In this document: positions 51,584 to 62,122 of the stretch, one piece after another
Layout: every line of letters starts with the position of its first letter
Numbering within the stretch: the stretch's first letter is position 1
From: Bacilli bacterium
GTDB taxonomy: Bacteria; Bacillota_I; Bacilli_A; ML615J-28; CAG-698
Reading direction: 5' to 3'
Length of the DNA stretch: 64,000 nt
Assembly: GCA_041675865.1 (NCBI GenBank)
Contig: JBAYTA010000001.1
Location: 6,332 to 70,331 of the forward strand
The notes under the pieces: model-generated
Databases searched by the model: none
What the model was told of the DNA's origin: nothing
What the model saw: only the letters and a program-made list of their open reading frames with translations
Program-made: the position numbers and the translations under genes

Positions 51584-51814
51584 TTAATCTTTTTTTGCAG
51601 CATTCATTGATGCCATAACTTGTCTAACTTGTTTTTCTGATGGGGTTCTTCCCATTTGTTGCATCATAACTCTAATCATTTTTTCATTAACAGGTGGGTT
51701 CTTTTCTAAATAATTAGTAAATATCTTACGTGAAATGAAGAAACCTGCAACAGCTCCAACAATTAATACCCCAAGTAAAATAAGTACAAATAACCACCAT
51801 TGTAAATCAACCAT
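51584..51814 (-). CDS. UPF0154/YneF-family small membrane protein
   Basis: 76 aa with one N-terminal transmembrane helix and a conserved 'NPP..E..IR.MM.QMGR.PSE.Q' pattern. Confidence 0.65.
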   Translation of the reverse strand: MVDLQWWLFVLILLGVLIVGAVAGFFISRKIFTNYLEKNPPVNEKMIRVMMQQMGRTPSEKQVRQVMASMNAAKKD

Positions 51815-51967
51815 AATGACCTCCTAAACTTTATATATATTTTACTACAATTTCTAAAAAATATCAATAAAAATAAAATTATGAAAATGTTATCTTTTTA
51901 AAATACTTGTTTATTTTTTAATAATATAATGATATAATTAATATATACTAATAAGGGAGGATTTTTT

Positions 51968-52135
51968 ATGCCAAGATTTATTACAGATGCTTGTATAGCA
52001 TGTGGTTCATGCGCTGCTGAATGTCCAGTAGATTGCATTAGTGAAGGAGACATTTATGTAATTGATCAAGATGCATGTATCGATTGTGGTGCATGTGAAG
52101 AGGTTTGCCCAACCGAAGCAATTATTGCTGTATAA
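51968..52135 (+). CDS. fdx: 2x[4Fe-4S] ferredoxin (55 aa; absent from the ORF track because it is under 60 aa)
   Basis: 'CIACGSCAAECP' and 'CIDCGACEEVCP' cluster motifs. AGGGAGG lies 8 nt before the ATG and the terminator at 52150-52183 follows. Confidence 0.8.
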   Translation: MPRFITDACIACGSCAAECPVDCISEGDIYVIDQDACIDCGACEEVCPTEAIIAV

Positions 52136-52149
52136 AAAACTATAATATA

Positions 52150-52183
52150 AACAGGTTATTCTTTAAAATAACCTGTTTTTTTA
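52150..52183. terminator. bidirectional terminator between fdx and the nif3-family gene
   Basis: An 11-bp AACAGGTTATT/AATAACCTGTT stem followed by a T-run. Confidence 0.6.
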
Positions 52184-52975
52184 ATTCTCGTATTCAAAAG
52201 GATCTGTTTCTAAAGCACTAACAATAATTTCTCCTGCTACTAATTTTATAAGTTTGTTCTTTAAATGACCTAATGCTAATTTTTCTACTCCATGATTAAC
52301 CTCGATAATAGATAAATTATTATAATTTGCAAATTGAGCTGCACTTAATTTAAATTCACTAGATATATACACATCTAAATTTAAATTTAGTGCATCTTTT
52401 ACTGCTCCATCATTGCCGCCGCTACCACCAAAGATACCAACCCTTTTTACTAATTTTGTTTTATCTCCGACATATTTAACACCATTTAATTTAAATTTAC
52501 TAATTACACGCTTTATTAATTCTTGAAAACTCATTTCTTCAATATCACCATATCTTAGATAAGAGTCCTTCAAATTATCTCCACCAATATTTTTTAATCC
52601 TAAGGTTTTCGCAAGATAATCACCAACTCCACCTATACCAACATCAAAATTAGTATGCATAGTATAGACTGAGATATTATTTTCAATCAATTTTTTTATA
52701 ATTCTTCCACCTACAGTATTATAATTAATTTTATAAATCGGTTTAAAGATAAGAGGGTGGTGAGCAATAATTATATTTACATTATTATCAATAGCTTCTT
52801 CTATTACTTCTTCATTTATATCCAATGTTAATAAAACATTTTTCAAATTCTGAAATTTATCACCTAAAATAAAACCAATTCTAGGTAAGTCTTCATCCCA
52901 AGCAAGTTCATGTGGATATACTTGGTCTAAATATTTTACTAAATCAATAATATTAACAAACTGATTATTTACCAT
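52181..52975 (-). CDS. Nif3-family dinuclear metal-centre protein (YqfO-like)
   Basis: The 'IIAHHPLIF' motif at a Nif3-like length. Confidence 0.8.
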   Translation of the reverse strand: MVNNQFVNIIDLVKYLDQVYPHELAWDEDLPRIGFILGDKFQNLKNVLLTLDINEEVIEEAIDNNVNIIIAHHPLIFKPIYKINYNTVGGRIIKKLIENNISVYTMHTNFDVGIGGVGDYLAKTLGLKNIGGDNLKDSYLRYGDIEEMSFQELIKRVISKFKLNGVKYVGDKTKLVKRVGIFGGSGGNDGAVKDALNLNLDVYISSEFKLSAAQFANYNNLSIIEVNHGVEKLALGHLKNKLIKLVAGEIIVSALETDPFEYEN

Positions 52976-53610
52976 AAATTCTCCTTAACTAAATTAATTT
53001 TACATAATATTTCAGCATTCTTATTTGGAATATTATTTAAAATTCTTAAATCATTTTTCATTTTTTCTTTTAAGACACTATCTTTTCTGTCTAATAAAAC
53101 TGGTCCAAAATACAATTCATTTCTTTTATAATTGAATGGTTGTTCAGTCTTCTCAAAGACTATTATTTCATAATATTTACCATCTTCGAAAATTATCTTT
53201 TCATCATAAATATAATAACCTACTTCAGTTAAATATTTTCTTACTTCATATGTATTACGATTTGCTTGAATTATTAATCTTGCATTATTTAACTTTCTAA
53301 AGTCTTTTTTAAGTAAATCAATAATTAATAAGCCACCCATTCCAGCAAAAACTATTACATCGACATAGTCTTCTAGCTTTTCTAAACCATCACTGAGCAA
53401 GAATTCAACTTTATTAGAAAATTCATGAGCATTAATATTATTTTTTGCATTTTCAAGCGGACCTTCTTTATTATCAATAGCATAGGCTTTTTGTAAATTA
53501 TAATTAAGAAAGCCTTCAATAATTACATATCCATGATCACAGCCTACATCTGCTAGGATTTTTTTATTTTCTAAGTATTTTGCTATTTCTTTTAATCTTT
53601 TTGAAATCAT
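52969..53610 (-). CDS. trmK: tRNA (adenine22-N1)-methyltransferase TrmK
   Basis: A 'LADVGCDHGY' SAM-binding motif. The yqfN-yqfO synteny matches Bacillus. Confidence 0.8.
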   Translation of the reverse strand: MISKRLKEIAKYLENKKILADVGCDHGYVIIEGFLNYNLQKAYAIDNKEGPLENAKNNINAHEFSNKVEFLLSDGLEKLEDYVDVIVFAGMGGLLIIDLLKKDFRKLNNARLIIQANRNTYEVRKYLTEVGYYIYDEKIIFEDGKYYEIIVFEKTEQPFNYKRNELYFGPVLLDRKDSVLKEKMKNDLRILNNIPNKNAEILCKINLVKENLW

Positions 53611-53728
53611 TATAGCACCTCTATTTATTTATTATACAATAAGCTTAAACTTTATACAAGTAATACAAATTAACAATGTTAATTACAAATTAATAAAAGG
53701 CGAGTTTTCACTCACCTTAATTCACATC

Positions 53729-54997
53729 CTATTTGTATTGACTTAAACGTTTTTGTCTAGTAGGATGACGTAAACGTCTAATCGCTTTTGCTTCAATTTG
53801 ACGAATTCTTTCTCTCGTTACACCGAATTCTTTACCTACTTCTTCTAATGTGTGAGCTTTTCCATCAATAAGACCGAATCTTAAACGAAGGACTTTTTCC
53901 TCCCTTGGAGTTAGGGTTTTTAATACTGTATCAATTTCTTCTTTATATTTTTCATTAATTGTAAATTCTAAAGGATTAGCTAATTCAGTATCATGAACAA
54001 AATCACCTAAAGTAGAATCATCTTCTTCACCCACTGGTGTTTCAAGTGATACAGGTTCTTGAGCAATCTTTTGAATTTGTTGCACCTTTTCTACAGATAT
54101 CTTCATCTCTACTGCGATTTCATCTGGAGTTGGTTCTCTTCTTAATTCTTGAGTTAATTTTCTTTGAATTCTCACAAGTTTATTTATAGTTTCTACCATA
54201 TGAACTGGAATTCTAATTGTTCTTGCTTGGTCAGCAATAGCTCTTGTAATAGCTTGACGAATCCACCATGTAGCATATGTAGAGAACTTAAATCCTTTTG
54301 TTGGGTCAAATTTATTAACTGCTTTCATTAATCCCATATTACCTTCTTGGATTAAATCTTGGAATTGCATTCCTCTACCTAAATATCTTTTAGCTATTGA
54401 AACAACTAATCTTAAGTTAGATTCTATTAAAATTTCTCTAGCATCTAACCCTTCAGAAACATACATTTCGTATTTAGCTTTATCTTCTTCAGATATTTCT
54501 TTTCTTCCTCGTTCAACTCTACGAAGTTCTTCAGAAGCTAATAATCCTTGTTGGACTGTACGAGATAATTCTAACTCTCTTATTGTTGTTAGTAGAGGAA
54601 TTTGTCCTATCTCTCTTAAATATGTCCTTACTGGATCATCTGAAGGGGAAGGTACTGCAAATGTTGTTACAATATCATCAATATCTTTTTCTTTTAAATC
54701 ATTTTCTACTTCTGTAGAGAATTCATTAAATTCTGGATCACTTTCAATTTCGCCAATAAAGCCATCGAAATCATCACCAATATCACTATCTATATCATCA
54801 TCTAGTTCTAATGTCTCTATATCTTCATCACGTACTAGGTCAATATTTTCAGCTTCAATTAACTTTGTAAACTCATCAAAATCATCAGAATCTTCATCTA
54901 TTAATTTTAGTACATTTATTAATGGGATATAACCATTAATTTTACCTTCTTCAATTAGATCCATTAAAGCCTGGTTTTCGTAAATCATCAGATTCAC
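53729..54997 (-). CDS. sigA: RNA polymerase primary sigma factor
   Basis: An acidic region 1, region 2 '[17 protein letters not shown]', and region 4 '[21 protein letters not shown]'. Confidence 0.95.
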   Translation of the reverse strand: MNLMIYENQALMDLIEEGKINGYIPLINVLKLIDEDSDDFDEFTKLIEAENIDLVRDEDIETLELDDDIDSDIGDDFDGFIGEIESDPEFNEFSTEVENDLKEKDIDDIVTTFAVPSPSDDPVRTYLREIGQIPLLTTIRELELSRTVQQGLLASEELRRVERGRKEISEEDKAKYEMYVSEGLDAREILIESNLRLVVSIAKRYLGRGMQFQDLIQEGNMGLMKAVNKFDPTKGFKFSTYATWWIRQAITRAIADQARTIRIPVHMVETINKLVRIQRKLTQELRREPTPDEIAVEMKISVEKVQQIQKIAQEPVSLETPVGEEDDSTLGDFVHDTELANPLEFTINEKYKEEIDTVLKTLTPREEKVLRLRFGLIDGKAHTLEEVGKEFGVTRERIRQIEAKAIRRLRHPTRQKRLSQYK

Positions 54998-56814
54998 TCC
55001 TTTTTCTTTTTAAATTTTATTAAACTTTTTTTATGGTCTCGATAATCTTCCATTTTTTCTACACTTAATTCTACTTTTAATAATTTATCATATAAAGCTT
55101 CTTTATCTTTTTCTTTATAAAACAAATTTATAGCAAGTACACATTCATCAATTGGTTTTAAATCATTTTTAAGAGAATTTACATCAAATCCCATATTTAA
55201 AATATCCTTTAATAAATAAACTTCATTAGTACTTAAAGTTGCTTGAAATCTTTCGCTGTTCATTTCATCATTTTTATTATAATATTCGTAGATTTGTACA
55301 AGCAAACTATTATGTAGTTTATCTACATGACGGTCTTTTAATTTGTCTTTTATAATATTGCAATATTTTTTAGAATGGTATGCAATTTTTATTAACTGTT
55401 TTGATGCATTTACATATCTTAGCACATGATGCTTTGGTTTTTCATCAAATGGTGTATCTACTGTAAATCCAGGTAAATCAAGCGGTGGAACATAATCATA
55501 ATCACTCACACTAACTTGATTAAATACTGGTTTTGGTTGATTTCCATAATCCAATTTAAGGCTCTCAACACTAACTGTTAGATCACCTGCAAGTTTTAAG
55601 AAAAACCTTTCATTAATTGTGTTTGAATTAAAGTATCCTAAAAGTTTGAAAATGTCATTTTTAAATTTTTCAACTGAACTCAGATTGCTTAAATCAAGTT
55701 CTTTTTTGGCAGTCTCATAAAGAAAATCATAACCACTTATTTGTGAATTAAGTAGTAAATTTTCTAGCTTGTCCTCTCCATACTTATTTAAATAATCATC
55801 GGGGTCAGATCCATCAGGCAATAAAACTGCTTGTACATTAAAGTCAGCTTTTAAAAACTGAATTATTGCTTTTTTTGCTGCTTCTATACCTGGCAAATCA
55901 CCATCATAACATATAACAATGTTGTTTGTTGATTTTTTGAGACTTTTTATTTGATTTGAAGAAACCGATGTACCCATTGTTGCAACAGCATTATGGATAT
56001 TGCATCTATAAGCGGCAATAACATCCATAAAACCTTCAAAAACAAATACACAATCTTTATTACGTATATAATTTTGCGCATTAGAGAAATTATATAAAAT
56101 ATTTCCTTTTTTGAAGACTTTATTTTCAGAAGAGTTTATGTATTTTGGTTCTTCTTTGCTAGTAGTATTATAAATTCTACCACTAAAACCTACAACTTTT
56201 CCATTAATATCATCAATCGGGAACATAATTCTATTTCTAAATACATCAGTATAATTACTTGTACCTCTAATAACTCCTGCTTCAATCATGTCTAAAGGTT
56301 GGAAATTTTCCTCTAATAAACTTTTATACAGTAAATCTGGATCTTCTTTAGACAAACCAATATTAAATCTCTTTATTATCTCATCATTTAAGTTTCTTTT
56401 ATACAAATATTTTTTTGCCGTTTCACCTTCAACAGTATTTTCTAAAAGAAATTGATAAAAACTTGAAGATGCTGCAAGGATATTATAATATTTTGTATAA
56501 ATTTGAATATTTTCATCATTTGCAAGTTCAACGTTTATTCCACATTTTTCGCCAACAATTTGAACTGCTCTAGGAAATGGAACTTTTTCGTAGTTTTCTA
56601 CGAATTTAATAACATCTCCCGATGCTCCACAACTAAAACATTTATATATTTTTTTAGTCGGTGATACATTAAGTGATGGATTTTGATCTGGATGAAAGGG
56701 ACATAGGCCAATATATGAGCTTGATTTTTTTTCAAGTTTTATATATTCAGATATTATTTTCACAATATCTGCTTCATCTTTAATTCTTTGGAATGTCGAT
56801 TCCGGAATCATCAA
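54994..56814 (-). CDS. dnaG: DNA primase
   Basis: The zinc ribbon '[22 protein letters not shown]' plus a TOPRIM domain. Confidence 0.95.
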   Translation of the reverse strand: MMIPESTFQRIKDEADIVKIISEYIKLEKKSSSYIGLCPFHPDQNPSLNVSPTKKIYKCFSCGASGDVIKFVENYEKVPFPRAVQIVGEKCGINVELANDENIQIYTKYYNILAASSSFYQFLLENTVEGETAKKYLYKRNLNDEIIKRFNIGLSKEDPDLLYKSLLEENFQPLDMIEAGVIRGTSNYTDVFRNRIMFPIDDINGKVVGFSGRIYNTTSKEEPKYINSSENKVFKKGNILYNFSNAQNYIRNKDCVFVFEGFMDVIAAYRCNIHNAVATMGTSVSSNQIKSLKKSTNNIVICYDGDLPGIEAAKKAIIQFLKADFNVQAVLLPDGSDPDDYLNKYGEDKLENLLLNSQISGYDFLYETAKKELDLSNLSSVEKFKNDIFKLLGYFNSNTINERFFLKLAGDLTVSVESLKLDYGNQPKPVFNQVSVSDYDYVPPLDLPGFTVDTPFDEKPKHHVLRYVNASKQLIKIAYHSKKYCNIIKDKLKDRHVDKLHNSLLVQIYEYYNKNDEMNSERFQATLSTNEVYLLKDILNMGFDVNSLKNDLKPIDECVLAINLFYKEKDKEALYDKLLKVELSVEKMEDYRDHKKSLIKFKKKKE

Positions 56815-56829
56815 AATATCACTTCCCTT

Positions 56830-58194
56830 TTAGTTTATTTTTTCACGTATATATTCAATTAAATCTTCTATTTTTATTCTAACTTGATCCATTGAATCTC
56901 TATCTCTAACAGTAACAGACGAATCTTCTAATGTATCAAAATCAATAGTAACGCAGTACGGTGTTCCAATTGCATCTTGTCTACGATATCTCTTACCAAT
57001 AGCACCGCTTGTATCAAATGTAGCCATAAAATGTTTACTTATTTTTTCAAATACTTCTGTTGCTTTTTCACTTAATTTATTAACTAAAGGAAGAATAGCA
57101 ACTTTAAACGGTGCAAGAGCAGGAATTAATTTTAATACTTCTCTTGTATCGGTTTCATTTACTGCTTCTTCTGTATAAGCGTTTGTAAGAATAGCAAGAA
57201 GCAATCTTTCCACACCTACAGAAGGTTCAACTACATATGGGATGTATTTTGTATTAGTTTCTGGATCAAAATATTCTAGATTTTCTTTTGAATGAGTTTG
57301 ATGAACACTTAAATCATAATCTGTTCTATCAGCAATACCCCATAATTCTCCCCAACCAAAGAAAAATTTAAATTCGATATCAGTTGTAGCTACAGAGTAG
57401 AATGATAATTCATCTTGACCATGATCTCTAAAGCGAAGTCTATCTTCTGTTAGACCAATAGTTTTTAAAAATTTAATACAATAATTTCTCCAATATTCAA
57501 ACCATTCTAAATCAGTACCAGGTTTACAGAAGAATTCTAATTCCATTTGTTCAAACTCTCTAGTACGATAAATAAAGTTACCAGGAGTTATTTCATTTCT
57601 AAAAGATTTACCAATTTGAGCAATTCCAAACGGTAATTTTTTTCTCATAGATCTTTGAACATTTTTAAAATTAACAAAAATACCTTGAGCTGTTTCTGGC
57701 CTTAGGTATACAATATTCTTCTCATCGTCTATTACACCTTGATTTGTTTTAAACATCAAATTAAATTTTCTTATATCTGTAAAGTCATTAGATCCACAGC
57801 TTGGACATTTAACTTTATTATCCTTAATATAAGAAATTAATTCTTCGTCACTCATCCCATCAGCAACTACATTGCCATCAGTTGCATCCTCGATTAATTT
57901 GTCAGCGCGGTATCGAACACCACATTTTTTACAATCTGTTAATGGATCACTAAATCCACCTACATGTCCACTTGCTACCCAAACTTGTGGATTCATAATA
58001 ATAGCACTATCCATACCTACATTGTATGGTGATTCTTGAACGAATTTCTTCCACCATAATTTCTTCAAATTATTTTTAAGTTCAACACCAAGTGGTCCAT
58101 AATCCCAAGCATTTGCAAGACCGCCATAGATCTCACTACCTTGAAAAACAAAACCTTGATGTTTTAAAAATGCTACTAATTTTTCCATTGTCAT
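56830..58194 (-). CDS. glyQS: glycine--tRNA ligase (single-chain alpha2 type)
   Basis: '[22 protein letters not shown]'. The start is placed at an in-frame ATG (MTMEKLV...). The ORF-track start further upstream is unlikely. Confidence 0.85.
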   Translation of the reverse strand: MTMEKLVAFLKHQGFVFQGSEIYGGLANAWDYGPLGVELKNNLKKLWWKKFVQESPYNVGMDSAIIMNPQVWVASGHVGGFSDPLTDCKKCGVRYRADKLIEDATDGNVVADGMSDEELISYIKDNKVKCPSCGSNDFTDIRKFNLMFKTNQGVIDDEKNIVYLRPETAQGIFVNFKNVQRSMRKKLPFGIAQIGKSFRNEITPGNFIYRTREFEQMELEFFCKPGTDLEWFEYWRNYCIKFLKTIGLTEDRLRFRDHGQDELSFYSVATTDIEFKFFFGWGELWGIADRTDYDLSVHQTHSKENLEYFDPETNTKYIPYVVEPSVGVERLLLAILTNAYTEEAVNETDTREVLKLIPALAPFKVAILPLVNKLSEKATEVFEKISKHFMATFDTSGAIGKRYRRQDAIGTPYCVTIDFDTLEDSSVTVRDRDSMDQVRIKIEDLIEYIREKIN

Positions 58195-58338
58195 ATCTTC
58201 CACAAACACTACGCTCCTTTTTATACTTACATTACATAATATCACAAGTAACTATTTTTGTAAAGTAAAATATTTACTCTAATTTAGTTAAATAAGGCTT
58301 AAATTAAGCCTATTTTCCGTTTTTACATGTTTTACCAG

Positions 58339-58845
58339 TTAGATTTCAAATATGTAACCTAAAGGCGATATAAACGTCAATACAACGAAAAGTGTTGCAA
58401 TGACTATATAATTTGCTATACCTATTAATAAACTACGATTCAACTTAATTCCTTGGATGAAATAAGTTGCTATTGAACCAGCAATTATTGATATAAAATA
58501 AACTATATTAATTGCAATAATATTATTAAAGACCCAAGTTTTAGAATAGATATTAAAAATAACTAAAGTCATTGTAGACATTACAAAAACCCCAAAGACT
58601 CTAGATAATATATAATTATTTGGTAGATCAAAAGATATAAAATATTCAATAATCATTAACAAAGAAATAGCAAAGAAATAGTTTTTCAATATCTCAAAGA
58701 TAGTTATTTTATTAGGCAATAAATTACTAGCACCTACAATTCTTAAACTTTGCACTGTTAATATTAATATATATAATATAACTCCAATAAATAAAATTTC
58801 ATTGATCAATCTAGACTTTTTAAATAATGTCATTCTTATCACCAA
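58339..58845 (-). CDS. polytopic membrane protein (hypothetical)
   Basis: 168 aa with five hydrophobic helices, sitting between the lipoprotein and glyQS. Confidence 0.45.
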   Translation of the reverse strand: MVIRMTLFKKSRLINEILFIGVILYILILTVQSLRIVGASNLLPNKITIFEILKNYFFAISLLMIIEYFISFDLPNNYILSRVFGVFVMSTMTLVIFNIYSKTWVFNNIIAINIVYFISIIAGSIATYFIQGIKLNRSLLIGIANYIVIATLFVVLTFISPLGYIFEI

Positions 58846-58937
58846 TAATATTATTAATATCCATTTAATTAATTATACAATTTATTAACAAAACAAAACC
58901 TGCATTTTACTGCAGGTTTTATCCTTTAAAAATCAGA

Positions 58938-59906
58938 TTATTTTACTTTGTTATAAAGATCTTGCAATACTTTAATGTAATCATTTGTTTTTACTGTAAC
59001 ACCAGTAACAACTAATGTTGTACCATCTTTAGAAATACCACGATCTTTAATTGATTTTAATCCTTCGATTCCGTTTTCTAAAACATAATCTGTAATCATC
59101 TTAGATTGTTTGAACCATTCGTTTTTAGATTTGCCTTCAGCAACTACTGACCAATCACCGTTTTTGAATTCGTATTCTGGTCCATTGCCTTCCATATTAT
59201 AATCATCACCTAATTCAAGTTTTGATTTTGCATTCCAAACGAATTTGTTATCAACTACAGATCCTTGAATTGTATCAAGTTTTAATTCAGTGAATTTGCC
59301 ATCTTTGTCAACTTTAGCAGTTGCAAATACTACAGCGTTAGAAGCAGGAACCCATGCTTTAACAACGCCATCTTTAGCCATTTGTAAAGCTTCTTTTGCT
59401 AATTCTGAATATCCACCATCTTTAATAGTAACACCAGCATCAACATTTGTGAATCTGTCATCAACTTTTTCAACAGCTTCAGGTCCATTTGCTAAGAAGA
59501 AATCTTCAATAAGTTTAGCTTGTTCAAACCATTCTTTTTCAGATTTTTTATCTGCAACAACTTCCCATTTTCCATCTTTGAATTCATATTTAGGTCCATT
59601 ACCTTTCATACCATACTCATTACCAAGTTCTTTTTTAGTCTTAGCATTGAAAGCATAAGTATAAACCGGTTCTTCTTCTGTACCAGTATTTGTTTTTGTG
59701 TTTTGTAATACATCGATATAATAAGATTTAACCTTATCATTTTCGATAGTTACAGAAACGCTAGTAACTTGTGGTCCATCGTTAGAATGAGTTTCCCACT
59801 TGAAAGCAGTGTAAACACCATCTGCTGCATAAGTTCTTTCGCCACAAGCAACGAACAATAATGCTGATACTGCAACAATAAACACTAATAAAAATTTTTT
59901 AAACAT
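58938..59906 (-). CDS. lipoprotein with an internal tandem duplication (possible FMN-binding repeats)
   Basis: A signal peptide with lipobox 'LFVAC'. Two about 150-aa repeats ('YEFKDGKWEVVADKKSEKEWFEQAK..' and 'YEFKNGDWSVVAEGKSKNEWFKQSK..') each end in a G-V-T motif ('DAGVTIKDG' and 'VTGVTVKTN'). Confidence 0.55.
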   Translation of the reverse strand: MFKKFLLVFIVAVSALLFVACGERTYAADGVYTAFKWETHSNDGPQVTSVSVTIENDKVKSYYIDVLQNTKTNTGTEEEPVYTYAFNAKTKKELGNEYGMKGNGPKYEFKDGKWEVVADKKSEKEWFEQAKLIEDFFLANGPEAVEKVDDRFTNVDAGVTIKDGGYSELAKEALQMAKDGVVKAWVPASNAVVFATAKVDKDGKFTELKLDTIQGSVVDNKFVWNAKSKLELGDDYNMEGNGPEYEFKNGDWSVVAEGKSKNEWFKQSKMITDYVLENGIEGLKSIKDRGISKDGTTLVVTGVTVKTNDYIKVLQDLYNKVK

Positions 59907-60050
59907 TAGTCTTTTCTCCTCCTTGTTATTTGATTAAGACATAATAATTATATCATAAACACTTGACGAATTCAATTTTTTCCAAGAAAATGCCAAATGT
60001 AAATGTTTACTTAATTTTATTTACATTTGACAATTTTTTTCTTGTTTTAA

Positions 60051-60368
60051 TTAATTGTTTTCGCTAAGTTTACGATCGTAATCTTCAAGATAAGCTTTGA
60101 TTTTATCACGCATATCTTGTTTTCCAGGTTTGCATAGTTTTGAGTCCGCACCGTCAAAAACTATTGCATTTGCAAGTCCATTACAGCCAGGATGACCGCA
60201 TGCACCGCAGTTATAACCAGGTAATAAATTGGTAATATCTTCAACTCTTGGATCTTCTTCTACATAAAATGCAATCGAAGCAACTGATATTAATACACCG
60301 AATACTCCACCAGTTATAGCCAAAACTATAGCTGGTAATAAATAAGATTGAAACACACTTAAAATCAT
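60051..60368 (-). CDS. rnfB: Rnf complex subunit B, minimal form (N-terminal Fe-S domain only)
   Basis: An N-terminal transmembrane helix plus 'CGACGHPGCNGLANAI..C'. It is 105 aa and lacks the usual ferredoxin domains. Confidence 0.65.
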   Translation of the reverse strand: MILSVFQSYLLPAIVLAITGGVFGVLISVASIAFYVEEDPRVEDITNLLPGYNCGACGHPGCNGLANAIVFDGADSKLCKPGKQDMRDKIKAYLEDYDRKLSENN

Positions 60369-60940
60369 ATGTTTAATGCTCCAAATCTAGAAAATATCAT
60401 TGCAAGAAGTCCTGCAGTAACTAATGCAATAGGAACTCCTTTAAACGCAACTGGAACATCAGCTTTCAATAATCTTACTCTTATAGTTGAAAATAAATAG
60501 ATTACAAATAAGAAACCAACGCTTGATGCAAATGCAAATACAAATGCACTTACAAACGTATAATCAGGAGTTGCAACCATTTTCGCAAGACCTAATACAG
60601 CACAGTTAGTTGTAATTAATGGAAGGTATACACCTAATGCTTTATATAAACCAGGTGATACTTTTTTAATAAACATTTCAATTATTTGAACTAATCCTGC
60701 AATCACAAGAATAAAGATAATTGTTTGCATGTAAACCATATTAAATGGTCTTAATACAAATGTATATAATAGATAAGCAACAGTAGATGATAAAGTAATA
60801 ACAAATACAACTGCTAGTCCCATACCAACTGAAGATTCACGTTTTTCAGATACCCCAAGTAATGGGCAAATACCTAAAAATCTATTTAGTACAACATTTT
60901 GAATTAATATAGCAGATATAGCTAGTGAGAATAGATTCAT
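60365..60940 (-). CDS. rnfA: Rnf complex subunit A
   Basis: 'NVVLNRFLGICPLLGVS' and six transmembrane helices. Confidence 0.9.
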   Translation of the reverse strand: MNLFSLAISAILIQNVVLNRFLGICPLLGVSEKRESSVGMGLAVVFVITLSSTVAYLLYTFVLRPFNMVYMQTIIFILVIAGLVQIIEMFIKKVSPGLYKALGVYLPLITTNCAVLGLAKMVATPDYTFVSAFVFAFASSVGFLFVIYLFSTIRVRLLKADVPVAFKGVPIALVTAGLLAMIFSRFGALNI

Positions 60941-61563
60941 TATTTCTTCACCTCTTTACGTTTATTATTAATTATATTAGCAAGTCCAATGATAATTCCT
61001 AGAATAATAAATGCTGATGGAGGGTTAAGGAAGAAATTATTAAAGAACTTAGCTGAACTATCAAAAATTTGTAATTCAACACCAGACCAAATTGAAATTG
61101 ATCCTGTTCCTAGGAATTCTCTTATAATAGCCATAACTATTAAAACTCCACTATAACCTACTGCCATACCAACTGCATCTAAGAATGAATTACCTACATT
61201 GTTTTGTGAAGCAAATGCTTCAGCACGTCCTAATATAATACAGTTAACAACAATCAATGAAATCCATACACCTAAATTGTTATACAATTCTGGTAAGAAT
61301 GCATTCATTAACATTTCTGCTAATGTAACTAAAGTTGCAACTACAACTATGTAAATAGGAATTCTAATTTCATGAGGTACGATTTTTCTAATCAATGAAA
61401 TTATAATATTAGATAATACGATTACAAATGTAAAAGCTAAACCTAATCCAATAGAATCTTTTAGAGATCCAGTAACAGCAAGAACTGAACAAAGACCTAA
61501 TAAAGATACTAAAACTGGATTTTCATTCCACATACCTTTTAATAAATTTTCTCTTTTAGTCAT
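60940..61563 (-). CDS. rnfE: Rnf complex subunit E
   Basis: 'LLGLCSVLAVTGSLKDSIGLGLA', a paralogue of RnfA. Confidence 0.9.
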   Translation of the reverse strand: MTKRENLLKGMWNENPVLVSLLGLCSVLAVTGSLKDSIGLGLAFTFVIVLSNIIISLIRKIVPHEIRIPIYIVVVATLVTLAEMLMNAFLPELYNNLGVWISLIVVNCIILGRAEAFASQNNVGNSFLDAVGMAVGYSGVLIVMAIIREFLGTGSISIWSGVELQIFDSSAKFFNNFFLNPPSAFIILGIIIGLANIINNKRKEVKK

Positions 61564-62122
61564 TAGTTACACCTCCAAGATCAGCTTTAATTGTTTTGAA
61601 GTGATCAGCAGCCGCATCAAAGCCAGCAATGATTGCACCTAGTGTAAACTGGGGTGTTACACCAGCTACTACTGGAGAATAACTATCAACATTTTGATCA
61701 GCCATACCGAAATCATGATCCATAATTTTATCAGCAAAGCTTGGTGTATCATCATGAGAAATCATTTTTGCTTTTCCAAAAGTTCCATCAACTTTTATTT
61801 CCACAAAACATCTTACAAATCCTGTTTTTTCATAACCAGGAACTGCAGTTTGGTAAATTACAGCTGCTAAGCTACCATCTTCATTAAATGCAAAGAAGAT
61901 TTCTTGGATAGCATCACTTGATTCAGGATAATCAACTTTTTTACCAAATGAGTAATCAGCATAATCAAATTCTTTTCTTAATGCACCAACAACTTGTTCT
62001 TTTGCTCTTTCTTCAATTATTGGTGAAGTTAAAGCATTAACAGCACCAAGTAATACTCCAGCAATTAATCCTAACACTACTAAGAATACAGTATATTTTA
62101 ATATTTTTTTATTATTATTCAT
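61556..62122 (-). CDS. rnfG: Rnf complex subunit G (FMN-binding)
   Basis: An N-terminal transmembrane helix and an FMN_bind domain. The flavin-site motif reads 'VAGVTPQFT', so Thr is kept but the context is G-V-T rather than the canonical G-A-T. Confidence 0.85.
   Translation of the reverse strand: MNNNKKILKYTVFLVVLGLIAGVLLGAVNALTSPIIEERAKEQVVGALRKEFDYADYSFGKKVDYPESSDAIQEIFFAFNEDGSLAAVIYQTAVPGYEKTGFVRCFVEIKVDGTFGKAKMISHDDTPSFADKIMDHDFGMADQNVDSYSPVVAGVTPQFTLGAIIAGFDAAADHFKTIKADLGGVTND

Noticed and set aside
58246-58338. Looked for a glycine T-box leader upstream of glyQS
   Set aside because: The gap is only 93 bp and contains just the terminator hairpin of the upstream gene. There is no T-box sequence, so none was called.
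59290-59708. Two overlapping plus-strand ORFs (122 and 62 aa) antisense to the lipoprotein gene
   Set aside because: They lie entirely within a well-supported minus-strand gene and have low-complexity Ser/Leu/Phe-rich translations. These are antisense artefacts.
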